NCBI GenBank assembly: GCA_022813965.1
Contig: JALDZS010000070.1
Span: 62,001 to 109,566 of the forward strand
DNA: 47,566 nucleotides
Source of the DNA: Toensbergia leucococca
Taxonomy: Eukaryota
Reading direction: 5' to 3'
Shown: in pieces, positions 1 to 10,171 of the stretch
Numbering within the stretch: position 1 is the first letter of the stretch
How the letters are laid out: each line of letters opens with the position of its first letter
Notes under the pieces: model-generated
Databases searched by the model: none
What the model saw: the letters and a program-made list of their open reading frames with translations, nothing else
What the model was told of the DNA's origin: nothing
Made by a program: the position numbers and the translations under genes

Positions 1-1361
1 TTGGCTTAGGCATGGCTACTTCGGGTGGAACGCCGACTTTACTGAAACCAACCGTGACCGTTGACAGGACTCACCAGAAGTTGACAGTCGACGGCATCGA
101 GATGGAGTTCCAAATCACCCCAGGTACTGAAGCTCCGGCAGAGATGAATTTTTATTTCCCAAAGTATCGCGCCCTTTGTATCGCCGAGAATGCAGGTCAT
201 ACTCTACACAACCTTTTGACCCTACGAGGAGCATTGGTCCGCGATGCACGAGCCTGGTCCCGCTATTTGAACGAGTCTATCGTACTTTTTGCTCATAAGA
301 GTGACGTGCTCTTTGGTGGCCATGCCTGGCCTACCTGGGGCCAACCTGCCATCACTAGGTTTTTATCAGAGCAACGTGATCTCTACGCCTACCTTCACGA
401 CCAGACCCTCCGCATGATCAACGACGGCCTCACAGGCATCGAAATCGCAGAAGACTTCCAGCTCCCAGACTCCCTGGCCAAGCGCTGGCATGCCCGCGGC
501 TACTACGGCTCCATCAGCCACAACGTCAAAGCAATCTACCAACGCTACATGGGCTGGTTCGACGGCAACCCCGCCCACCTCTGGGAGCACCCGCCCGTCG
601 CAGCCGCAAAACGCTACGTCGACTGCATGGGCGGCCCCGCCAAAGTCATCGCCCTCGCCAAATCCTACAAAGCAAACAAAGACCTCCGCTTCGCGGCCAC
701 CTTACTCAACCACGCCATCTTCGCCACCGGCGCCTCCCCCAAAGCTGGCCAAACCACCAACCAACTCGAAGTCCACGTCCGAGCAAAGGAGGACCTCGCC
801 GCCGTCTACGACCAGCTGGGCTACGGCGCCGAAAACGGCACGTGGCGCAACTTCTACCTCAACGGCGCCCAAGAACTGCGCAAGGGCATCAAAACCTCCT
901 ACGTGACCATGCGCAACGAAAAATCCCTCATGGCCCTCGACATCGAACATGTGCTCGACATGCTCTCCATCCGCCTCGACGGGCCCCGCGCCCAACACCA
1001 CGCCTTCATCATCGACATGACCGTCTCCGACCGCCGCCAGCGCTGGCGCTTAACCCTCAGCAACGGCGCTCTGTCTCACTATCTAATGCTCCAACCCGGC
1101 GAAGAAGAAGAAGAAGAGCAAGGGTCGTCGGCTGCTGCTCTGCCGGCTGCACCGGACTTCAGCTTCGAGCTTTCGCAGCAGAGGCTGGCGAGGCTGATTT
1201 TGGAGCCTGAGGGGGGCGTGGGGGATGTGGGGGTGCGGAATGGGGATGAGGGTGTTTTGGGCACGTTGTTTGGGTTGTTGGTGCCTGTTGAGCCTGGGTT
1301 TGCGGTTGTGACGGCTGAGGTTGAGGGGGGTGCTGGTGCTGCTTCGGCGTCGAAACTTTGA
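1..1361 (+). CDS. Alkyl sulfatase, SdsA1/BDS1 family (metallo-beta-lactamase fold, dimerization domain, C-terminal SCP2-like domain); 5'-truncated by the window edge
   Basis: Family motifs TPGTEAPAEM, HNLLTLRGALVRD, HAWPTWG, RGYYGSISHNVKAIYQRYMGWFDGNPAHL and AENGTWRNFYL. The frame is open back to the window start (GLGMATSGG), so the gene begins upstream. The protein ends ASASKL. Confidence 0.92.
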   Translation, partial: GLGMATSGGTPTLLKPTVTVDRTHQKLTVDGIEMEFQITPGTEAPAEMNFYFPKYRALCIAENAGHTLHNLLTLRGALVRDARAWSRYLNESIVLFAHKSDVLFGGHAWPTWGQPAITRFLSEQRDLYAYLHDQTLRMINDGLTGIEIAEDFQLPDSLAKRWHARGYYGSISHNVKAIYQRYMGWFDGNPAHLWEHPPVAAAKRYVDCMGGPAKVIALAKSYKANKDLRFAATLLNHAIFATGASPKAGQTTNQLEVHVRAKEDLAAVYDQLGYGAENGTWRNFYLNGAQELRKGIKTSYVTMRNEKSLMALDIEHVLDMLSIRLDGPRAQHHAFIIDMTVSDRRQRWRLTLSNGALSHYLMLQPGEEEEEEQGSSAAALPAAPDFSFELSQQRLARLILEPEGGVGDVGVRNGDEGVLGTLFGLLVPVEPGFAVVTAEVEGGAGAASASKL

Positions 1362-2792
1362 GAATAGGGGGGGAGTCATGTTCTGTAATATTATAGTTTT
1401 TTTTTTTCCTGGTGAATGATGACGATGCTATTTTAGATCAATCTTTCAAGACAACGGCCCATTTGAAATAGCGCCCCCTGTTTCACTCCTGCACCCCTCA
1501 AATTCAATATATATATATATTCTATACCCTCCCCTTGATACACAATGCCTGCTTTGACAATATTGAGGCTTCTGAGCGCAATGTCACGTGAGGAAAGGTG
1601 ACTGCAAAACAAACACCTTCCTTCTCTTTATTCTACTCATAATCTCTATCTAATAATTCTTATAGCTTTTTATGACTCTTTCTACTAGAGAAGGGGCTAT
1701 ACCTTATCTTTGTCAGAGAGACATAAGAAGGTAAGTAAAAAAGAAGACTTGTATGATGAAATGAAAACATAAAGGGGGTTAAAACAGTAGAGATAAGGTT
1801 ATTTACTCTAAGGCATTTCAATAACCCTACCCCCCCCTCACCAAAAAAAACACACTCAAATAAATGACTACAACGCTCAAGCACACAAAAAAAACCATCA
1901 CATTCTCTCATCAAACACAACTCAATTCCCCTCCCTTCACACACTCTATCCCCCCTCAAATCACCTCAACCATCCTCTCCCCCTCAAAAAAAGAGCACAC
2001 TTTCATACCTTCCCTTCTCCCTCAACCCCTTCACCCTCATCACAATCACTTTTATTACAATCACTTCTCAGACACACATAGAAAATGTCATGATTTGCAC
2101 AATCAAATCACAGCAGCAACAGATTCTGTGATCATGATGGTAAGTCATTTACATGTTTCATTCATGTGTGATCAAAAAGTTCAAATTTATTTAAGAAGAA
2201 AAAAAAGTATGGTTTTGAACTACATCTGAACTTGATTTCAGTGAATGTGAGATCATGATTCTGAAATCATTGAATGAATTACCATTCATCACCTCACCTT
2301 GTTCTCACTCTCACTCTCACCCTCACCCTCAGTCCCGCCCCCGCGCTTCACCCCCTCCTCCTTGTGTTTCTCCTCAACAAAGGTAGAACACAGCTCTCCT
2401 TCTAATAAAGAAGTAAAAGACATGATGAGAATAAGATGAAGAGTGACAATGAGATGAAGAATAAAGGTGTGTAAGGTGCAAAAAACATCATGAGGTAGTG
2501 CCTGAGCCTCACAATTGCCTATTCAGGTGTGTTTGAGGGGGGCCTGAGTAGTAGGGTTATCAAAAATGAGGGTGTAGGATTATCAAATTGAGGTATAGAA
2601 ATCACAGGAGCCTAGATTTAGATTTATATAAAAGTCAGAATGCATCAAGATCATGGAAAAAAGAATCAAGATATGAACAAAGGGAGGAATCTATAATCTT
2701 CTATATACATAAAGGAAATAATCAAATTCTGTCAAGCTAATAGATAGCAGAGTGAAGTAAAAAAGCACCAGTCCCAAAAGTTCCCAACCCCC

Positions 2793-4078
2793 TTATTCCA
2801 TCTCCGGCCCCAACACAGCCTCAACCTCCCTCCCGACATCCCCATCACCATTCCCCACCTTCCTCTCCCTCACCCCCAAAACCTCATCCATGATCCCCCC
2901 CAACCTCGCAACCGCCTCCTCCCCAATCTGATAATGCACCACCAACCTCCCCCCCCGAATCTTAACCCCATGCCTCACCCCACACTCAGCCACCCTCTCC
3001 GGGCTACCCCACCCCTCCGCCTCCAAATCCAACCACACCATATTCGTCTCGCAAGGATGCAGCAAGCGCCCACCCTTCCGGACCCACAAATCCGCAATCT
3101 GCTCCGCTCGTCTATGACTTGCGCCTAGTAGTCCGCCGAGAAAGGTCTCTTGAACGGCAACCTGAGCGGCAGCAGTGATGACGCCTGCCTGTCTTAGACC
3201 ACCACCCAGGCCCTTACGTAGCCAGCGTGCTTTAGTGATAAAGGGTTCCGAGCCGACAATCATGCTCCCGATGGGGGCCCCGAGGCCTTTGCTGAAGCAG
3301 AGGGAGATGCTGTCGAAGCAGGCACAGTAGTCTTTCAGAGAGCCTGCTCCTGCTGCTACGGCTTCCCATAACCTGGCGCCATCGAGATGGAGAGGAATAG
3401 GGGGTTCTTGGGCATGGGCCCAGGTGCTAATGGCGCGGCAGTCGGAGAGGGGGAGGATGGTACCGTTGAGGGTGTTTTCGAGGGCGATGAGTCGTGTTGG
3501 GCAGGCGTGGACGTCAGTTGAGAGGACGGCATGTTTTTTGATGTCGGGTAGAGTCAGGTGGTGGGTGTTGCTGGGGGAAACGGGGATGCAGAGGGCGCCG
3601 GAAAGGGAGGCAGCGAAGCCAGCTTCCCAACTGTAGATGTGGGAGCGGGGATCCAGGAGGAGGGAATGTGGGGGTTGGGTGAGGTGGGTACGGACGCTGA
3701 GTTGGTTGCCCATTGTACCGGAGAGGACAAGAAGAGCGGCGGGGTGGCCAGTGAGGGATGCGACGTCAGCTTGGAGGGAGATGGTTGTTGGGTCTTCATT
3801 GAAGACGTCATCGAGGAGGGTGGTGTTTTCTATGGCGGTGAGCATGGAGCGGGTTGGAGTCGTGACGACGTCACCTGTGTGAATTAGCTACTGTGGAAGT
3901 GGGGGTGGGGTGGGGTGGAGTGGAGAGGAAAGGAGGGCGTACTTCGAAAATCGAAGGCGGCGGGTCCGGGGGTGGACCAGGCATTTAGGGTCTTGGAGGG
4001 AGGGGCGATGTGGCCATTGGTACTATTGGTGCCATTGATACCGTTGGCTTTGGTCGGATCCTTTTCAATGGACGCCAT
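2793..4078 (-). CDS. GLY1: Low-specificity L-threonine aldolase (PLP-dependent)
   Basis: Exons 4078-3943 and 3874-2793. Intron 3942-3875 (GTACGC...GCTAAT...CAG) restores DFRSDVVTTPT. Motifs SGTMGNQL, LENT, HLDGARLW, CFSKGLGAPIGS and GGGLRQAG. Confidence 0.93.
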
Positions 4079-5461
4079 AGTTTCAAGAAGGTCTCGTCTT
4101 CAAGGCAAAACGACGACGATGGTGACGAGGATTTTCTGGTGAAGAGCTCCACGTTGATTGAAAATCGGTACCGATGTAGTGATCAGATGGAGAAAGTTTG
4201 ATTCTCATATTTCATGGATTATACAGATGGTGGCCAGGCCGAAGCCATGATGCACGAATGACATGGCCGACCATGCACATCTTTGCAGGTTGATTGACGA
4301 TACGGATATTCAAAGAGGAAGGTTTCAACCTAGATTTCCGTAGCATCTGGCCAACGGTCCTTACGTCTACCCCGCAGTAGTCTCACCTTAGTCAGAAGAA
4401 GGTCCTGCTCTATCGATAAGAGAAAGAGAGCAAACGGCCTCATCTCATGCGGGGTCGGCTGTCAGGAAAAGCCCCTCTCCCCTGCAAAGAATGGCACCCT
4501 CGCACCCTAGCATTTTTACGCACAACTTAATCCTCCATCCAAATCTCTCTTTCAGCTACTACTCGTACTAGCTTCGGCTCCCACTTGTCGTATTCTTCGT
4601 GGCTAAAATCATATGTCGGCGTAACAAGACCACCGAGTGGTCCGCTTAGCTGTAGAAGGCAACCACGACAGCTTTTATTTGAAATAGCTAAGACAAGCCA
4701 AAAACTAAGGTAGGTAAGGTAGCTAGGTACTGTATTAAGCAATAAAGCAAGTCTATTAGTTAGCGTTATGTACATAGAATGTATCAGTACCAGTGAAGAA
4801 ACCTGTCAGATCTGTAGCCCCCCACACTATTATCCGGCTCAAATCTTCAGAAGAGAGCCGGGACGTGCCTGTTCCCCTACCTCCTTGATCAAAGTCAAGT
4901 AAGTAGGTTAGGATATGACAAGCGCCACATGTGCCTTTCGCCTATCGAATAGTCGAGAACCCAGTGAGAGGGTTGTCTGGCGCACCTACCGTGGAAACAC
5001 GAGGTAGCAACGTATGCGCTGAACACGCCTCTTCAAAACACATCAAGTAAAATCTAACAAGACAGCCGAGCCGTGTGGAGCAGTAAAGATAAAAGGAAAG
5101 TAAAGCATGGCGTTGTCATTGTCACAAGACGGCGGGTATCGCAGCATACCATTACAGAAACACCGACGCCACCATAATCACATATAACATCCACCATGAT
5201 GCACATAATCGTACTCTGTGTATCAAGCCCTTTGGCAATATTAAAGTAGGTTCGCTAGAAGGTACGACGTTTGCAACCGGCCTTGCGGTAGCGGAAAGTA
5301 TGGCGCGCTTTTGATACATATCATGGAAAGTAGATCGAATCTTTAACATGGTTGTTTGGGATGAAGATTGGCCGAGAAGAACCTTGTCATATCCAACCAG
5401 AAGTGAAGAGGATAATATCGTATTCTATTCGGGAACGCTTTCAATCATTGCCGCCGATAAT

Positions 5462-7258
5462 TCATCGGCGTTCTTCCGAGTACTGAACACCTTGCATCGA
5501 AGAAGGAGCTAGCGCACCATTCGTGAGAGGGGGAAGTGACCGAGATGGATCTGGAACCATACGAGGAGCCACTCCATTGTATTGGAGAATGGGTTGCTGC
5601 AAGCTCGCTGTTTGCTGATGCATCGATCCTTCCTGAAAGCGCTGCATCTCCCGAACTAAGCGCTGGTTTTCATTTCGTAGAATGTCATTCTCGCGCCTTG
5701 TGCCGTCCAGCTCATGCGCAGCACGGCTCAGATCTTTCTCGGCTCGTTGACCATTCTGAGCCAAGCCCTCTAGCTGTTTTATATAATCAGATGCTTTTGA
5801 AGGTATTAGCACTCCTTTCATTGCGCTTAGCAGGGGTTATAGGGAGGTATATTACCTTTGGTAAGAATCTCCCATTTGCTCGACTTGGCTCCCGAATAAG
5901 AAGGTATCTGATTGCGTAAGGCATCAAACAAAGTCTTCATCTCATGACGACGTTTTCGCTCGGCGAGTTTGTGGCTAGCTCGAAGGGCTGGGGTTCGGCT
6001 ATACGGAGAAGGTGCTTCAGGGGAGTCAGAGTCACCTTGAAGACTTGCAACTTGTGCATGCTGAAGCGAATGATGATGGGTGCTCGAAACGTCTATGGTG
6101 AATTAGCACAGCGTCAATCTCAATGAAAATGGAATTGAAAGTTCCCAAATGCTCACCTTCGTCTAATCGATGCTGTCCTGGCGGGAGGCGAGAATCGGTG
6201 GTAACAACGCTACTCGTAATGGAAGTATGGCCGCTGCCACGACGAGAAACAAATTCTGTTGGTCGAAGATCTTCACCACTGGCACTAGGTCGTTGAACCA
6301 TCTCAGGGTCCGGAAATGCATATGGCTGGCCGGCGGTAGGCTCTTCGGCATAGTAAACCTCTCTCATATTATCTCTTCTGGGATTTGCGCTGATGACAGG
6401 GGCTTTGCGAGAAGCATAAGCCATGCGAGATTCGCTGATTTTCGGAGCTAGAGGCGACATTGGTTGTTGAGCGGATGACCGAGAATTACGTAGTCCATTA
6501 GTATTGGAGTTGATGCCGCGTTCGCGCTGAAGGCTCGCTGTAATAGATGTCTGTGATGCATTTGTACTACCAAAGGGAGAGGCACCGTTAATGTGAAGAT
6601 TTTTGACAGCATTATTGACCTGGCTACCAAGACTACTCCGGCGAGACTCTTGGGGACCGAAGTCTTGGCTGCCACGGTATTGAGATCCATCATGATGGTG
6701 ATTATCATGGTACTGGCTGACATTTGACTGATTGATATGTGGCAAGCCCAGACCTTGTTGGGGTTGAGCAAATCCAGGGGAAGGTTGAGGGCCGGCCGAG
6801 CTTGGATGATTGGCGAATTCTAGTGGATGGGAGGTAATCCCCAGCTGGCTCGAATTAGAGGCACGATGTGGTGAATGAGTATTCGAAGGGTAGTAGTAGC
6901 TATTGGTGCTCGCCGAGTAGGCCGACGAACCTATGGGACGTGAGTATTTTGTCAAGTCAAGAAATAGTAGGTATCATCTCATGTCTACAACCCTCAAAGA
7001 CAACGATTGAAATAGCGAAATTGAGAACATACGTGCACTCTGAGGTTGGTTCGACCAACTACTGCCCGAGTCACGCTCGCGTGCACTCAAGCCATAAGTG
7101 GGAGACTGCTGAATTCCAGCAGCTGAAACGGGAAGGTTGCTTGTTAACGTAGCGATCGAAGGAAGCTGTGCAGGGCGAGAAGGAAGACTTTCCGCCAACG
7201 TTGTACCGAATGTGCTGCTTGTAGCTTCCCAAGGGCGGCCAGCAGGGTTGGCTGGCAT
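5462..7258 (-). CDS. bHLH transcription factor, Esc1/DevR-like
   Basis: Exons 7258-7033, 6930-6157, 6092-5856 and 5793-5462; the three introns are phase-consistent. The spliced product contains THHHSLQH and [35 protein letters not shown]...[19 protein letters not shown] (bHLH) followed by a coiled-coil. The bHLH exon is absent from the ORF track. The start codon is less certain. Confidence 0.88.
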
Positions 7259-10171
7259 CTTGAGTATCTCAAGATTGCTTTGCTACGAACGTATCAACTA
7301 GGCCAAACCTGATGAACCCAAGAAAGAACTTACCCGCTGACGTAGTGCAATATCTAATCAATTATATGGTATAAGAAATCAAAAGCCTAGGTTGGTGGAA
7401 CAAAAGATAACGGCAAAGGTAAACGACAGACACCTCACGTACAGTCTTTGGCACCGTCCAGGCGCTCAGCGAGCCCGATGGCAAGTGGTGTGTTGAGGTG
7501 GAAGGTGAGATCACACGAACCAGAAAGACAGGAAGATGAGGTCGAGTAAATGTTGGTAATCTAACCCAAACAGGAGGGCGGAATATTGGCCACTTGGACC
7601 ACCCACAATTACTGGACCAATCAGACCTCGGGCAATTCGACAAATGTCCCGAAAAAGGTCATAGTCGATGTGAGCAAGTCGGCTTACTCAAAGTCTCATG
7701 GCCTCAGAGTGATCCTGGTGGTTGCTGATACTCGAAAGGCATAGGTCATCGCAGCCTCTCCTAGCTCGACGAGGTGTCTTATAAGCTTGATAAACGACGA
7801 CCTTGTATAACGGTTTACTCTCTGGTGGTCAGGTAGCCCTCAGAAGGTATATACTTGGTAGGGTGGGCTCTGGTAGCTCATGAGATGGATTCGAGGCCCA
7901 CCAACTGCGGTCGTCTTGGTTCGGTGGGCTGAGTCGACAGTATTGAGGAGACTAGGTGCTCAGGCGTCTGGCGTGTCGTTTCGTTGGGATTTTGGAGGAA
8001 AGGTGTTGGGTGTACGATGAACAGTAGTTGCAAGTGTCGCAAAGAAGAGTGGTCGAGGAATTGCAGATGCTCACTCGGCTCTCTGTCGCACCAACTCTAA
8101 TTCCACTCTTCGGCCGCTAAGCATGCACCCTTGCATTCAGCTAAGGTAATTAATACTCATAACGTAAGTGGAACGAGGCAAGGATTTACGTTTCCTCGTT
8201 TCCAATAGTCCTCGTGTGTATCATCTACGTGCGTTTATTACCTACTCTGCGATATCATATGACAACGCTTATCCTGAAATTCAATTCCATAAGGCTGCCC
8301 ACGACAACGGCATTTCCACCGAGTCAATCGCCCCCCTGATACCTTTCATCCTTAGCAGCAAGCGACGCAGTCTAGACCACGTGGTGGGCGACGGCCGTGG
8401 CGCATTGCTCTGATCGCTGTCGCCTCGTGGCACTCGATAGCTTGAGCCAATCAGCTCCTGGCTGCCTGCAAGTCCCCATCCTGAAACGATGCCGTATCAC
8501 TAATGTAAGGTAATCTATCTCGGCCCCGTCATCTTCTTTTCCATCACTATCAGACGGCGCAGAATTGATGCGGATGCTATGAATTATAAGTTAGAAAATA
8601 GATAACAAAATAACCTGGGTCAACAGACTTTAGGCTTGATGCTCACGAAGAATGAGATCGCGCTCACCCTTCAGCCTTCACTCCTTCCTCATTGGTGTGT
8701 TCTGTTGGTCACACTAGCATTAGAAAGCTTGTGCGACCTATCGATCTCGTGTAACTTTGCCCAACTGACTTTGAGCATGTCTTTAATGCCTCTGAAATAT
8801 GGTATGCCTTATTGAATTGGCCAGGCTCGCTTCAACTTGTGCTTCTCGCTTGTCGACACATGATTGATGGTAGATGGTCCAATCATACAAAGCATAAATA
8901 TTCAATTAGTCTGGATCTTTGTACAGCGCGATCTTGTGAAGCATTTCCAACCCTTGATATGGATGTGACTCGACAACTGCCCACGCGGTGTTCAGGCCAA
9001 GATGGATAATTGGATAGTAGCATGACTAAGTGCTTGCAGTGTGTAGCACAGTACCTCTGATAGCGTACTCATGGTCTCATAGTCCATGCAGAAGGATTCC
9101 CAGAGTCGAACGAAGCCTGCAGCTTGGTGTGCGGGAAGGGGCGAGCCGAGTGTGACGTCCAGTCTCGAGTGCTGATCAGGGTGCCTAGGTACTTAGGTAC
9201 ATAGTTACTCTCCTACCTACCTACCTAACTCACATCTGACTCGACGGCATTTGCTCCCTCCTCAAACTTTCTCTCATCAGTCGGCACGCACCGAGGATCA
9301 TGTGCCACGTCCATCTCCATCTTCGGCTCACCTGTGATGTTGCTGCATGCATCCATCGGACCATCACTACTGCGGCTATCGACTTCGTCCAACCATGGTA
9401 CACATGCACAAGGGGATAGACGACAGACCAAACTTTGCATCAAGCTTTTCTACTGGACTGATACCTCGGAAACATCATAGCACCTACGAATCGTGCGTCA
9501 TCTGCTATCTTACACACATGAGGCTATCTGCATATGCCACGAGGAACATTGCTTTCCACACCCAGAAGCTCCAAATCATGCCAACCATCAGTACCGTGTA
9601 ACTCGACGTGATAACTGACGTTGAGAGCCTCCTCTCTCGTGGTGCGGCATTATCGCGGTCTCTCCTCTCTTACCTCGTTGTTCTGCACACGCCCAAGCTT
9701 GAGCACGATGCTTACAATGCAGGTATTCGATAGATCTGCGTTGTTCGTCCATGCATTTCCTCCACCCATTTTGGAAATGGTCTGGTGGATCCGGGAGGAG
9801 GATGACCTTGTGTGACTCAAACATGCGCAACTATTGTTGCATGTCCACACTAGATTTTCGTTGGGCTTGGAGATACTTTAGGTACGTGGTCTAATTCAGA
9901 TAGGCTGGTTCACATGTAAGCTACCTTGGTCGATCGATGCCGAATACACACATTCGATTACTACCTTCAACACAAAACAACCCGCTTCACCAAGAGGTCC
10001 GTCCTGTTTTCATCAGCAATGAGAAAAATGACGAGTGCTTTATTAAAAATCCCTCAGTCTCCTTCAATATAGACATCTATTAGAGATTTTCAAATGTGGT
10101 AGTGTCTATTTTTCGCGTAGTCTATTTACTCACTATCCGTACTGTTTGACCATATCCTCGAACATCCACAA

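Noticed and set aside
366..1379. Several overlapping alternative-frame and antisense ORFs within the sulfatase gene (similar ones occur in PEX5, the sedolisin, RNA1, OPT and REX)
   Set aside because: They are shadows of biased codon usage in real genes and give low-complexity translations with no recognisable domains.
9225..9443. Short minus-strand ORF ending at a GTGAGT donor-like site
   Set aside because: No recognisable domain and no downstream exon that I could join; insufficient evidence for a gene.
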